Counted from the first letter of the stretch, positions 1 through 9,301 are shown. The stretch is DNA of 26,538 nucleotides from Planctomycetota bacterium (GCA_045047305.1 JASFYO010000025.1:1-26538), one strand, 5' to 3'. Notes: generated from the sequence alone by a model not told the origin. Numbers and translations are program-made.

Positions 1-341
1 CCTACTGGGTCCGCAAGAAGCGAGCAGTAGTTGAAGTCAAAACCGTTGATTTGCTCCATGCCGCTGATCTCGTCAGCAACAAATGCGCAGCTATCAATCC
101 ACTCTTCCGTGTCGGAGAGGGTGGAGAAGTAGTAGCCAACACCATCAGTGTTATCAAAGATGGTCGCTGGACCAGAGCGGTAGCTCTGAGCGTTTACTTC
201 GAAACCTGTGGTCAAGTTGTAGACACCGTGCGTAGGTGCGACGGTGCGGTGAAGATTACCAGCGGAAATCTGCTGGGTTTGAGCGGAGGCGCCGACCGCG
301 AGGGTCATGACAGCTGCGCTTGCAACAATGTAACGGAACAT
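1..341 (-). CDS. Secreted protein of unknown function, N-terminal part (runs off the left window edge)
   Basis: Hand translation from ATG at 341 is open to the edge: MFRYIVASAAVMTLAVGASAQTQQISAGNLHRTVAPTHGVYNLTTGFEVNAQSYRSGPATIFDNTDGVGYYFSTLSDTEEWIDSCAFVADEISGMEQINGFDFNYCSLLADPV. Sec signal peptide ending ASA|Q; AGGAG Shine-Dalgarno 7 nt upstream. The + strand ORF 51..362 is its shadow. Confidence 0.85.
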   Translation of the reverse strand, partial: MFRYIVASAAVMTLAVGASAQTQQISAGNLHRTVAPTHGVYNLTTGFEVNAQSYRSGPATIFDNTDGVGYYFSTLSDTEEWIDSCAFVADEISGMEQINGFDFNYCSLLADPV

Positions 342-445
342 TCAGAAACTCCTGAAGCCTAGGGTCAAAAAGGGGTGGGGACGATTGCCCCCGTAAGGGA
401 GGTGGCAGCACACCAGGGGATTCAACGGTGCGCGACCTTGAAATA

Positions 446-474
446 GGTTTATCCCATGAATCCGCTTCTGTCCA
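446..474 (-). promoter_or_regulatory. Candidate sigma70-type promoter for the secreted-protein gene
   Basis: Minus strand TGGACA (474-469), 17-nt spacer, TAAACC (451-446); predicted +1 near 440, where a structured 5' leader begins. Confidence 0.35.
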
Positions 475-583
475 GGAAACTGAGGAGAAAATATGGAAGT
501 TTTCCTATTTCGTAGAAATTCCCAGAAAAGCGGATTTTTATGGAACCTATCTTCGCCCGCAGCGTCGCTGGGAGGATCGTAGG

Positions 584-606
584 AAATAAAAGGGCGAATA
601 CGCCCC
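584..606 (-). terminator. Probable intrinsic terminator of the efflux/rhodanese operon
   Basis: Minus strand GGGCG-TATT-CGCCC hairpin followed by TTTTATTT, about 17 nt after the rhodanese stop. The stem is short. Confidence 0.45.
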
Positions 607-622
607 AAGAAGTCGAAAAAAA

Positions 623-970
623 CTAGTTCTGCGGGCGTCGTTGGCCTGAATAGGCCGGTACGCTCGGGTCAATTTCAGCGGACCAACGGTCAATACCGCC
701 GGAAAGGTTAAACACATTGGCTTTGCCAAGGTAACGCAATTGACTACAGACACCTGCACTGCGAATGCCATGGTGGCAATAAACCACGATAGCTTCTTCC
801 GTCTCCATGAGCTCTTCCTGCAAATCTTGCAAGCGGCTCATCGGGAACAGTTCGGCTTCTGGAAGACGGCAAATATCCCATTCTTCCTCTTCACGGACGT
901 CGATGAGGCGAAGGTTTTGACGTTCTTTTAGCAGCTCTGCGAGTTGCTCAGGTGAGATGTTGAATTCCAC
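623..970 (-). CDS. Single-domain rhodanese-like sulfurtransferase (resembles the MoeZ/MoeB C-terminal domain)
   Basis: LIDVRE motif, active-site loop YCHHGIRS, C-terminal NLSGGIDRWSAEIDPSVPAY. The track start at 991 overlaps the RND stop; GTG at 970, 5 nt after that stop, is more plausible. Confidence 0.85.
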   Translation of the reverse strand: MEFNISPEQLAELLKERQNLRLIDVREEEEWDICRLPEAELFPMSRLQDLQEELMETEEAIVVYCHHGIRSAGVCSQLRYLGKANVFNLSGGIDRWSAEIDPSVPAYSGQRRPQN

Positions 971-975
971 TGGAT

Positions 976-3900
976 CTAAGATGGGGGCCAAGTTTTGCGG
1001 AGGCGAATCCTCTTAACGTCCTCTAGGATTAAGTACAGAGAGGGCACTAATAAGAGTGTGATTAGGGTAGCAAAAACTACCCCGAATGCCACAGAAACCG
1101 CCATAGGGATAAGGAACTTGGCTTGCAAGCTCTTTTCTAGTAGAAGTGGCGTCAATCCTAGGAAAGTGGTAAGTGTGGTCAGCATGATGGCGCGGAACCG
1201 GCGGACCCCAGAATCCTGCACCGCCTTCAGTAACGGCACGTTTTGACTTCTTTCGCGATTGATGAGATCCATCATCACCAAGGAATCATTAATCACGATA
1301 CCGCTAAGTGCCACGACTCCAATCAGAGAGAAGATGGCGAGGTCGTATCCCAGCAGCACGTGGCCGGCAATGGCCCCAATCAGGCCGAACGGAATCGCCG
1401 ACATGATAATCAGCGGCTGCGTGTAGGACTTCAGGGGGATGGCTAGCAGTACAAAAATGGCTAGGAGTGCCATGGCCATGATGCGGGTCAAGGCCCCCAT
1501 GAACTCGCTTTGCTCCTTTTGCTGCCCTTCCAGGCTATAGGAGAGGTTGGGGTAGCGTTCGAGCAGAGCGGGAAGGAATTGGGGTGCAAGCACACCGAGA
1601 ACCTCGTCGGGGGTCGTGGCCTCTTTGTTGATGTCTGCAAGTACGCTGATGCTCCGGCGTCGGTTGAGGCGGTCAATCTTGGAATATCCACGACCCAGGC
1701 TGGCGTTTGCAGCCACGGAAAGCGGAACCTCGGCGCCAGATGGAGTGCGTAGGCGCATGTTTTCTAGAGTGGCAAGGCGTTCACGCTCGCTGCGAGGATA
1801 GCGCACCATGACGTCGACCGCGTCACGATCGCGTTGGATGCTCTGCGCCTCTTCTCCATAGAAGGCTTGGCGTACCTGGCGGCCTAAATCGCCCATGCGG
1901 AATCCAAGCGCTTCGCCAGCGGGGGTGAGTTCCAATTTGAACTCTTGCTTGCCTTCACGGAAAGTATCCCGCACTCGAGTGACGCCGGCGACCGAGGCAA
2001 GCCGCGCCTTGAGTTCATCGGCGGCTTGGCGCAGCATTTCCATATCCGGCCCGGCAAGCTGAATGTTGATGTCGCCATTCGCTGCCATCAAGTCGGAGGA
2101 AAAACTAATCTCCTCGGCGCCTGCAATTTGGCCTACGCGTTCGCTCCAAATGGCGAGAATCTCTTTTCCGCCCATCTTGCGTTCCTCTGCCGAGAGCAGT
2201 TCCAAATTGACCTCCGCCAAGTGGGATCCAGTCGTGGCAAGAGAGTAAGTACCACTATTGTTTTGGGTAGCCGATTTTAAAGGCTGTGCGCCCACTGCAG
2301 TCGTGATGGTACGAATCAGTGGTTTGCCTTCTTCATTCAACAATTCTTTTTGCAGGGTGAGCGCGGCTTGTTCAAAGCGTCGAATGCCGGCTTCGGTGAC
2401 GGCAAGTGGGGTGCCGAGAGGCATCTGTAGCTCTCCAATTACATTGTCGGCTTCCATCGCTGGAAAGAAGTTGAACTTGATGCGGCCACTTTCTACATAA
2501 CCAAGGGTGGTCATGAACACGGCAACGCCTAGCGCGACCATGGCGTAACGCCAGCGTAAGCTGAAGTGGAGGGAGGGGATGTAAATCCGTTTGAGGAAAC
2601 CTTCCAGCATGCGGTCCACGGCTGCTTGAAGACGCCCCCATGGGCCAAGCTTGGTGTTTGCCTTGTCCGCAGGAATGTGGGTGAGGTGCGCGGGGAGAAT
2701 GAATAATGATTCCACTAAGGAAAACGCCAACACTGCAATCACGATAAGCGGAATATTGCGTGAAAACTGCCCCATATTGCCGGGCATGAGCATCATCGGA
2801 ACGAAAGCGGCAATCGTGGTGAGCACTGCGAAGACCACAGGCTTTGCCATCTCTTGAGTACCTTCGATTGCTGCTTGCAAACCAGATTTGCCGCGTTGCC
2901 GATGTTCATGCACGTTTTCCGCGACCACAATGGCATCGTCCACCACGATGCCAAGCACCACAATGAAGCCGAATAACGAGATTAGGTTCACCGAGACATC
3001 CAGGCTAGGCATCAAGGTGGTGGCGCCGAGGAACGCAATCGGAATGCCGAGCGTTACCCACATAGCTAAGCGCAAACGCAAAAAGAGGGCAAGCGCAATA
3101 AGTACCAGAATCAGGCCTTGCTTGCCATTGCGCAGCATGAGGTCCAAGCGCCCGCGCAGGAGCAGAGTGTCGTCGTTAATTTTGTCGAGGTGTATGCCTT
3201 CGGGGAGCTGCATTTGTGCAAGCTTCAGAGCCGCGAGCACTTGGTCTGCCATGACTAAGGCTTCTTGATTGCCAACGCGGAGGATTTCGAGCATGACAGC
3301 GGGATTGCCATTGAAGCGGTTGCTTTGGTCCGACTCGACGAAGGTGTCCTTGACCGCTGCGACATCGCCAATCATTAAGCGGGTTCCATTGGGTAAGGTG
3401 CGCAAGGGAAGCGCCGCGAACTCACTGCCCAGATAGGCTTGACCTTGGGTGCGTAATAAGATTTCACCACCGATGGTTTTGATGCCGCCGCCAGGGATAT
3501 CGATGGAGCTTTTGCGCACCGCTGCAACCACTTCATCGAAGCTCAATTGATAGCGCCGTAACGCCTCTTCGGAAACCTCGATGGATATTTCATAGTTTGG
3601 CGCATTGGTGAGACGCACTAGAGAGATATCCGGCTGTTGGATTAATTGATCTTCCACGATGCGCGCAGCTTCGCGCAGAGATTTTTGATCGGCCTCTCCC
3701 CAAATCGCAATATTCATCACCCGATTATTAATCTCTAACAGAATCACTTCCGGCTCTTCCGTATCCGCAGGGAAGTTATCGATTCGATCCATCGCAGCCT
3801 TGATGTCATCGAGCATTTCTTGACGGTTTTCACCTTCCAGAAAGTCGACCGTAACCACGCCAACTCCTTCGTTGGCGGTTGCTTTGACTTGGTCGACCCC

Positions 3901-4128
3901 TGCGAGACCTTGCACTTCTTTCTCGATGCGCATAATCACGCCTTGCTCGACCTCCTCAGGGGAGGCGCCAGGGTAGACCACCGTAATCATGGCCGAGTCC
4001 ATCACGATGTTTGGCACCACTTCTTGGCGCAATGTGCCAACGGTGAGCGCTCCAATCAGAATGATTGCAACCATGGCCAAATTCGCCGCAACGGTGTTAT
4101 GCGCGCACCATGCGATTAAGCTGTTCAT
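976..4128 (-). CDS. RND efflux permease (AcrB/AcrD/AcrF family)
   Basis: 1050 aa, two large periplasmic loops and 12-TM pattern; GIVVDDAIVVAEN proton-relay Asp pair; RFRAIMLTTLTT motif. Confidence 0.95.
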   Translation of the reverse strand: MNSLIAWCAHNTVAANLAMVAIILIGALTVGTLRQEVVPNIVMDSAMITVVYPGASPEEVEQGVIMRIEKEVQGLAGVDQVKATANEGVGVVTVDFLEGENRQEMLDDIKAAMDRIDNFPADTEEPEVILLEINNRVMNIAIWGEADQKSLREAARIVEDQLIQQPDISLVRLTNAPNYEISIEVSEEALRRYQLSFDEVVAAVRKSSIDIPGGGIKTIGGEILLRTQGQAYLGSEFAALPLRTLPNGTRLMIGDVAAVKDTFVESDQSNRFNGNPAVMLEILRVGNQEALVMADQVLAALKLAQMQLPEGIHLDKINDDTLLLRGRLDLMLRNGKQGLILVLIALALFLRLRLAMWVTLGIPIAFLGATTLMPSLDVSVNLISLFGFIVVLGIVVDDAIVVAENVHEHRQRGKSGLQAAIEGTQEMAKPVVFAVLTTIAAFVPMMLMPGNMGQFSRNIPLIVIAVLAFSLVESLFILPAHLTHIPADKANTKLGPWGRLQAAVDRMLEGFLKRIYIPSLHFSLRWRYAMVALGVAVFMTTLGYVESGRIKFNFFPAMEADNVIGELQMPLGTPLAVTEAGIRRFEQAALTLQKELLNEEGKPLIRTITTAVGAQPLKSATQNNSGTYSLATTGSHLAEVNLELLSAEERKMGGKEILAIWSERVGQIAGAEEISFSSDLMAANGDINIQLAGPDMEMLRQAADELKARLASVAGVTRVRDTFREGKQEFKLELTPAGEALGFRMGDLGRQVRQAFYGEEAQSIQRDRDAVDVMVRYPRSERERLATLENMRLRTPSGAEVPLSVAANASLGRGYSKIDRLNRRRSISVLADINKEATTPDEVLGVLAPQFLPALLERYPNLSYSLEGQQKEQSEFMGALTRIMAMALLAIFVLLAIPLKSYTQPLIIMSAIPFGLIGAIAGHVLLGYDLAIFSLIGVVALSGIVINDSLVMMDLINRERSQNVPLLKAVQDSGVRRFRAIMLTTLTTFLGLTPLLLEKSLQAKFLIPMAVSVAFGVVFATLITLLLVPSLYLILEDVKRIRLRKTWPPS

Positions 4129-5273
4129 TGGGCTTCACCGGCAAGCTGGACTTGCATACCATTTACGAAGAGCGGGAGGTTGGTGGTAATGACGCGGTCA
4201 CCATCCTCTAATCCAGAGGAGATTAAGCTTTCCGTTATCGTGTTCTGCAATACCACCACAGATCGAATTTCTGCACGACTTTCAGCGCTCATGACGTGAA
4301 CGATGGAGTCGTTAAGCAATGCGTGTCGTGGAATGCGCACGACGCCTTCCACCTTGCGCCCGTGAATCGTGGCACGTAAGAACATGCCCGGTGCAAGTGC
4401 TGGAGTTTCGGCCGTTGCATGAAATGGATTCTCGATCACGGCAATCGCTTCCAGCATGCGTGTGCTTGGATCCATGGAAGCATCCGTTCGCACCAAGTGT
4501 CCTTGCCAATGTCCGATGTCATCGCCCAGCACAGCTTCGAAATCCACTACCGTTTGGGTGGTCGGCCCATCAAGCGAAAGGCCAATCGCATCCAAAGAGT
4601 CGACGGGGAGCGGCAGGCTGACTTCGGCAGCATCGGTGGCATAAACGGTGGCAAGTGGACTTCCTGGCGTTACCCAGTTTCCAACTTCTACATTCCGCGC
4701 TTGGGTGCGCCCGGCAAATGGTGCCACGATGGTAGTGCGCTTTAAATTGTTCACTGCGATGGCCACATTCGCTTCAGCGGAGCGAACATTGGCCTCGGCA
4801 GCCTCCAACTGAGGCTTGCGTAAGACCACATCGGAAGCCTGTCCGGTGCCAAGGCTTTCCCACTCTTGGCGGGCGGCCTCTACTTGTGCTTGCTCCAGTT
4901 TTAGAGCAGCAAGGGCTTGATCAAAGGCGGCCTTTTTCACTGCCACGGTAAGCGCGAAATCGGTGTTGTCTAGGCGCAGGAGTTCTTCGCCTTTTTCGAA
5001 GAATGCGCCGCGATAGAGCTTGTCACTAACAAACACCACCTTGGCAGAAACTTCTGCGACTAGAGCGCTGCTCGACCGCGGACGTACTTCGCCAAAGGCA
5101 ATGAGTTTCAGCGTGGCGGTTTCCGCTTGTGCCGTGATGATTTCCACCACTGGGATTAGGAATTCAGCTTTTTGCTCAGCAAGTACAGGCCCTGTTGCGA
5201 CGAGGTAATTTTTCATCAGGAGTCCTGATGCAAGTATTAGAACCGGAAGGACAATGCGAAGGAGAAGTTTCAT
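4125..5273 (-). CDS. RND periplasmic adaptor (membrane fusion protein)
   Basis: N-terminal membrane anchor, lipoyl halves (EVSAKV...GEELLRLD and IVAPFAG), alpha-hairpin, beta-barrel with PGMF; ATGA overlap with the RND start. Confidence 0.93.
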   Translation of the reverse strand: MKLLLRIVLPVLILASGLLMKNYLVATGPVLAEQKAEFLIPVVEIITAQAETATLKLIAFGEVRPRSSSALVAEVSAKVVFVSDKLYRGAFFEKGEELLRLDNTDFALTVAVKKAAFDQALAALKLEQAQVEAARQEWESLGTGQASDVVLRKPQLEAAEANVRSAEANVAIAVNNLKRTTIVAPFAGRTQARNVEVGNWVTPGSPLATVYATDAAEVSLPLPVDSLDAIGLSLDGPTTQTVVDFEAVLGDDIGHWQGHLVRTDASMDPSTRMLEAIAVIENPFHATAETPALAPGMFLRATIHGRKVEGVVRIPRHALLNDSIVHVMSAESRAEIRSVVVLQNTITESLISSGLEDGDRVITTNLPLFVNGMQVQLAGEAQ

Positions 5274-6685
5274 CGTGGTGCAGGGAGTTGAAAGCCACCG
5301 CCGAGGGCGAGATACAGGTCAATGCGGTTGAGGAGCAAGAGCAAACGTGCAGAATGCAAGCTGCTTGCCGCGCGAAGAGCTTCTGCGCGCTGCAGGTAGA
5401 TGCTGGAAGGGTCACCGGCCCCCAATTGATACCGGGTCTCGGTGTTGGAGGTTCGTTGTTGCAAAGCAGCCAGTTGTTGTTCCATTTGCACAACACGGGT
5501 TTGGATTTGATCTTCGCTTCCGAGAGCGTTTTCCACTTCTGCTAGAGCACGCAAAACGCTTTGCGCAAACTGCAATTCGCTGGCTACGGTTAGTTTTTCT
5601 GCAGCTTCAGCTTGGGCGTTGAGGGTGCCCCCGTGGAAGATGGGAGCGGTCAGGCTCGCGCCTAAGCTCCAAGTGCGAAAGTCGTAGTCCAGTAGGTCCT
5701 TGAGTGCATTGCTGCGTAATCCACTGCTGCCAGTGAGGGCAAGAGTGGGATAAAGAGCGGCGTCGGCGGCGGCACTGGTAAAACGCGCTTGGCGCACCTT
5801 GGCTTCTGCACGGACTAAGTCAGGACGACGATGCACTAAGCCTGCTGGAAGACCTGCGGGCACTGGGCCGGGCAGTTGCGGTAAGGCTGCAGGGTTGAGG
5901 TCGGAGGCGTGACTCGGATAGCCACCCATCAAGGTCGCAACTTGGCGCTGCCAGAGTTGCAGTTGTTCGGTGGCAGCTGGGATTGCGGCGCGTGCCAGGG
6001 AAAGTGAGGCTTGCGCCTGATGGACGGCATCCGCAGAGCCACCGTTCTTAAAGCGCAGCTTCCAGAAGGCCAATTGCTCTGTGGCGTTTTGGAGTTGGGC
6101 CTGCGCAATATCCAGTTGCGCCGCGGCGTCGGCACGCATCATCCAGGCCTTGGCGGTTTGGCCCGCTAAAGAGAGTCGGGTTGCGGCATACTCGGCATCG
6201 CTGGCTTGTAGATTGGCGATGGCTGCGTTCTCACTCGCTGCGATGCGTCCCCAGAGGTCGAGTTCCCAGCTAATGTCCATCCCTAGGCTGTGATTGTTGT
6301 TGGTGATGGGGAGGACATCGGGGCTGCCTGGGAAGGGCAAGCCAATTAGGTTGGTGCGGCTGCGAGAAAGGCCGAGCCCAGCGTTCACCTTGGGTAGGCG
6401 ATCCCCAGCAACCGCGCGTGCTTGTGCTGCCACCGCTTGCACTCGTGCTGCAGCTGCCATGAGGTCGTAGTTGTTCGCGAGCGCGGTCGAGACTGCCAGG
6501 TTGAGACTTGGCCGCTCAAATGCGCTCCACCAATCCTGGTTGAGCACGGCGTCGGCACTTTGGCTGTGACTTGCTTCCCAATGTTGCTTGGCGTTGGTGA
6601 GCTCTTCCACCACAGGACTGGACTCCGTACTTGCGCAAGAGGCAAGGAAAACAAGGGAAATCGAAAAGGCCAGACACCTAGGCAT
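5270..6685 (-). CDS. Outer-membrane efflux channel, TolC/NodT-family lipoprotein
   Basis: Lipobox LASC; DWWSAF, SWELDLWG, RRPDL and YLALGGG motifs typical of OprM/NodT; ATGA overlap with the MFP gene. Confidence 0.93.
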   Translation of the reverse strand: MPRCLAFSISLVFLASCASTESSPVVEELTNAKQHWEASHSQSADAVLNQDWWSAFERPSLNLAVSTALANNYDLMAAAARVQAVAAQARAVAGDRLPKVNAGLGLSRSRTNLIGLPFPGSPDVLPITNNNHSLGMDISWELDLWGRIAASENAAIANLQASDAEYAATRLSLAGQTAKAWMMRADAAAQLDIAQAQLQNATEQLAFWKLRFKNGGSADAVHQAQASLSLARAAIPAATEQLQLWQRQVATLMGGYPSHASDLNPAALPQLPGPVPAGLPAGLVHRRPDLVRAEAKVRQARFTSAAADAALYPTLALTGSSGLRSNALKDLLDYDFRTWSLGASLTAPIFHGGTLNAQAEAAEKLTVASELQFAQSVLRALAEVENALGSEDQIQTRVVQMEQQLAALQQRTSNTETRYQLGAGDPSSIYLQRAEALRAASSLHSARLLLLLNRIDLYLALGGGFQLPAPR

Positions 6686-7310
6686 GGCGGAAGCCTCCGG
6701 TGCAAAAGTTGACTAGCTGCTCGAGCAAGTAATCGGAATCGTTCATGTCGATTAGGTCGCCGGAAATAGTCTTGATGAATTCCGGGGAGGTATCCATTAA
6801 GTGGAGTAGCGATCCAATCATGAAGTGGCCGCGGAGAATGATTTCTTTGGGTACGCGGTTGGGGAGGGTGGATTGAGTCGCAGCCACGAAGCGCCGCATC
6901 ACTGGATGAATGATTTCTGCGATCAAGGTGTCGATGCCGGAATGGGGCTCATGATGCAGCCGTGCCAACATGCAAGGCATCATGCCGCCTTCACTGGAAG
7001 TAAATAGACGCACAGCGGGTTCGAGGAAGGCTTGCACCACATCGCGTAAATCTAGTGGTGTATCTGTTGCGCGCGCCGCCGCTTCGAGCTTATCTAGGGC
7101 AATCATGCGCTCGCTGTTAAGCGGGGCAATGCATTGACGCACGACCTCGCGCAGTAGGTTTTCCTTACTGCCAAAGTGGTAGTTAATCGCAGCTAGATTG
7201 ACATCGGCGCGGGTGGTGATTTCGCGCATCGAGGTGGCGGTGAAGCCTTTTTCGGCGAACAGCTCCTGCGCGGCTGAGACGATTCTGTCTTTGGTGCCAA
7301 GTGTCGACAT
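6678..7310 (-). CDS. TetR-family transcriptional regulator (PsrA/CecR-like)
   Basis: HTH TKDRIVSAAQELFAEKGF...SMREIT.RADVNLAAINYHFGSKE; C-terminal LEQLVNFCTGGF; first gene of the efflux operon with an 8-bp overlap. Confidence 0.92.
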   Translation of the reverse strand: MSTLGTKDRIVSAAQELFAEKGFTATSMREITTRADVNLAAINYHFGSKENLLREVVRQCIAPLNSERMIALDKLEAAARATDTPLDLRDVVQAFLEPAVRLFTSSEGGMMPCMLARLHHEPHSGIDTLIAEIIHPVMRRFVAATQSTLPNRVPKEIILRGHFMIGSLLHLMDTSPEFIKTISGDLIDMNDSDYLLEQLVNFCTGGFRHA

Positions 7311-7356
7311 GGGGAAACATTAAAACACTCGTACGAATAAAACAAGTGTTTGTTTC
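7311..7356 (-). promoter_or_regulatory. Leaderless sigma70 promoter of tetR with overlapping palindromic operator(s)
   Basis: -35 TTGTTT (7345-7340), 17 nt, -10 TAATGT (7322-7317), 6 nt, ATG (7310). Palindrome AAAC-AAGT-GTTT (7340-7351) covers the -35; degenerate copy AAAC-ACTC-GTAC at 7323-7334. Confidence 0.7.
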
Positions 7357-7397
7357 TTTTGCAGGCTAGAATCGTGCCTCCAGGATGCTTTAGAGGC

Positions 7398-8219
7398 CTA
7401 GGACTGGCAAGTGGGACAGTAGCAGCTTGCGCGTTGGCCCAGGACTTTCCCCTTCAGGATGCCGTCGCAGAGCTTGCATTTTTGCCCTTCACGCCCATAA
7501 ACCCATAATTCTTGGGCAAAGTAGCCGGCTTCGCCATCGGCAGAAACAAAATCCTGAAGGGTGGTACCACCCTGTTCAATCGCAGCATGCAGAATCCGCA
7601 CGACATGTTGCGCCAAAATGCCGTATTCCGCGCGCGTGACTCTGCCGGCAGCGCGTCCAGGGCGAATTTTGGCGGCAAACAGAGATTCTGCGGCATAAAT
7701 GTTGCCCACACCAACCACAATCTTGCCATCCATGAGGAATGGCTTGACCGCACAACGTCGTTTTCTGGACTTTGCATATAGATAGTCGCCAGAAAAGTGC
7801 TCGAGGAGTGGTTCGGGGCCTAAATGCGAGAGCAGGGGGTGCTGCTCCGCGGGCGCATCCACCCAGATCCATAATCCGAAGCGCCGAGGATCGTGAAAGC
7901 GAATGGCCATGCCGTTATCGAGCACCAGATCGATGTGATCGTGCTTGCGTGGCGGAGTGCTGGCTTCGGTCATGAACAAGCTACCCGACATTCCAAGGTG
8001 GATGAGGAGGTGCCCCGAACTGCCTTCGAAGTCCACGAGTAGATACTTAGCCCGACGTCGAATACGTACCACTCGCTTTCCAACTAAGCGGCGTTTCAGC
8101 CCTGCAGGGACCGGCAAGCGAAAGCGTCGTTCGCGTACGACTAAGTTGCGGATGGTATGCCCCACCACATGCGGCTCCAGACCTCGACGGGTGGTTTCTA
8201 CCTCCGGAAGTTCCGGCAT
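7398..8219 (-). CDS. mutM: Formamidopyrimidine-DNA glycosylase / AP lyase
   Basis: N-terminal MPELPEV, RRAKYL, HLGMSG, DPRRFG, H2TH GVGNIYA.E and C-terminal zinc finger CKLC...YCPTCQ. Confidence 0.98.
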   Translation of the reverse strand: MPELPEVETTRRGLEPHVVGHTIRNLVVRERRFRLPVPAGLKRRLVGKRVVRIRRRAKYLLVDFEGSSGHLLIHLGMSGSLFMTEASTPPRKHDHIDLVLDNGMAIRFHDPRRFGLWIWVDAPAEQHPLLSHLGPEPLLEHFSGDYLYAKSRKRRCAVKPFLMDGKIVVGVGNIYAAESLFAAKIRPGRAAGRVTRAEYGILAQHVVRILHAAIEQGGTTLQDFVSADGEAGYFAQELWVYGREGQKCKLCDGILKGKVLGQRASCYCPTCQS

Positions 8220-8222
8220 GGT

Positions 8223-9263
8223 CTATTCGTTTTCTTCGCTTTCGAGATGTTCTTCAAGGAAATACAGCAACATGTACTCCTCGGCAGTGTGCTTCGGGCC
8301 AGGCAAATTCCGAATCCGTCGTGCCGCAGCCTCCAAGTGACGTTCGCGGTGAAACTGATAAGTCAAAACCCCAATTCCCGATGGTGTCGCACGTTCCTTC
8401 AACGAAGATTCACTGACCCGGCCCAAGGCTTCATCCGCCTGCTCCGAGGTAATGGCAGTTAGTCCGGTGCTGGCCATTAAGGCTTCTAAATCGTGAATCT
8501 GTTCTGTCGTGACTCCAATCAGAAATTCTTGAAAAGCTAAGCCCTCATCCTGTGACATACTGGCGCGTGCGAAGTAGTCGACGAATTCTGGAGCGCATCC
8601 AGCTTGTAGCAGTTTCATGATTTCCGAAACGCCAAGCATGGTGCCCATCGAAACCATGATGTTGCGTCGCGCATCCCAAACTGCGCGTAACAGTGGGAAG
8701 AACTCTTTTACATTGTCCGAGGGCGCGCAATCCCACATGGAAGTCAAACTTGAGACAGCAGTGCCGCGGACGGCGGAGGGGATGCTGGAGTCCATAGCCA
8801 GGGAGGTTAATAATTCGTCCATCAACTTCAAATAAACACAAGTATGCACTCGTTCGCGAACTCGGTTAGTGAGATCGGTATCGTCGGGTCGAATCTCCTC
8901 ACTGATATAACGCAGGAAACGCCAAAAGTTCAAATGTGCCATGGTGAGGCTACGCCAGAGCATCGCCCGCGTGGGTAGGAACATCTCAAAGTCGGCATCG
9001 GTAGCGTTGGCGAGCAATTGAACCAAAGTGCCAAGTCCTCGTTGTCGTTGGCCAAGTTGCTTTTCTTCAAAGACGCGCGGGTATAGCTCAAGCGCATAAC
9101 GGATGGCTTCAATCCGCTCCATGTGCTCAAAACACTTTTCACTAAAGCGTTTGGTCTCATGGTGCCCACTGCCTTGCAGCTTCTCCCAGAAAAACACCAA
9201 AGCTTTCCTTTCCCTTTCGGTAAAAGGAGAGTTTGGGCCGAACGATAGCTGCGGTGCCGTCAC
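8223..9263 (-). CDS. Hypothetical protein, soluble, predicted mainly alpha-helical
   Basis: 346-aa ORF filling the space between upp and mutM; GTG start preceded by TAAACT plus 7 nt; stop 3 nt before the mutM ATG; no recognisable catalytic motif. Confidence 0.8.
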   Translation of the reverse strand: MTAPQLSFGPNSPFTERERKALVFFWEKLQGSGHHETKRFSEKCFEHMERIEAIRYALELYPRVFEEKQLGQRQRGLGTLVQLLANATDADFEMFLPTRAMLWRSLTMAHLNFWRFLRYISEEIRPDDTDLTNRVRERVHTCVYLKLMDELLTSLAMDSSIPSAVRGTAVSSLTSMWDCAPSDNVKEFFPLLRAVWDARRNIMVSMGTMLGVSEIMKLLQAGCAPEFVDYFARASMSQDEGLAFQEFLIGVTTEQIHDLEALMASTGLTAITSEQADEALGRVSESSLKERATPSGIGVLTYQFHRERHLEAAARRIRNLPGPKHTAEEYMLLYFLEEHLESEENE

Positions 9264-9301
9264 CTTTGCGAGTTTATCCGTTGCTCAAGTACTAGGGAAC
9301 C

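Noticed and set aside
51..362. 103-aa + strand ORF
   Set aside because: Antisense shadow of the minus-strand secreted protein, which has an SD and a signal peptide.
7367..7372. TAGAAT -10-like box on the + strand after mutM
   Set aside because: No -35 and no gene downstream; it would only give antisense RNA to mutM. Probably chance.
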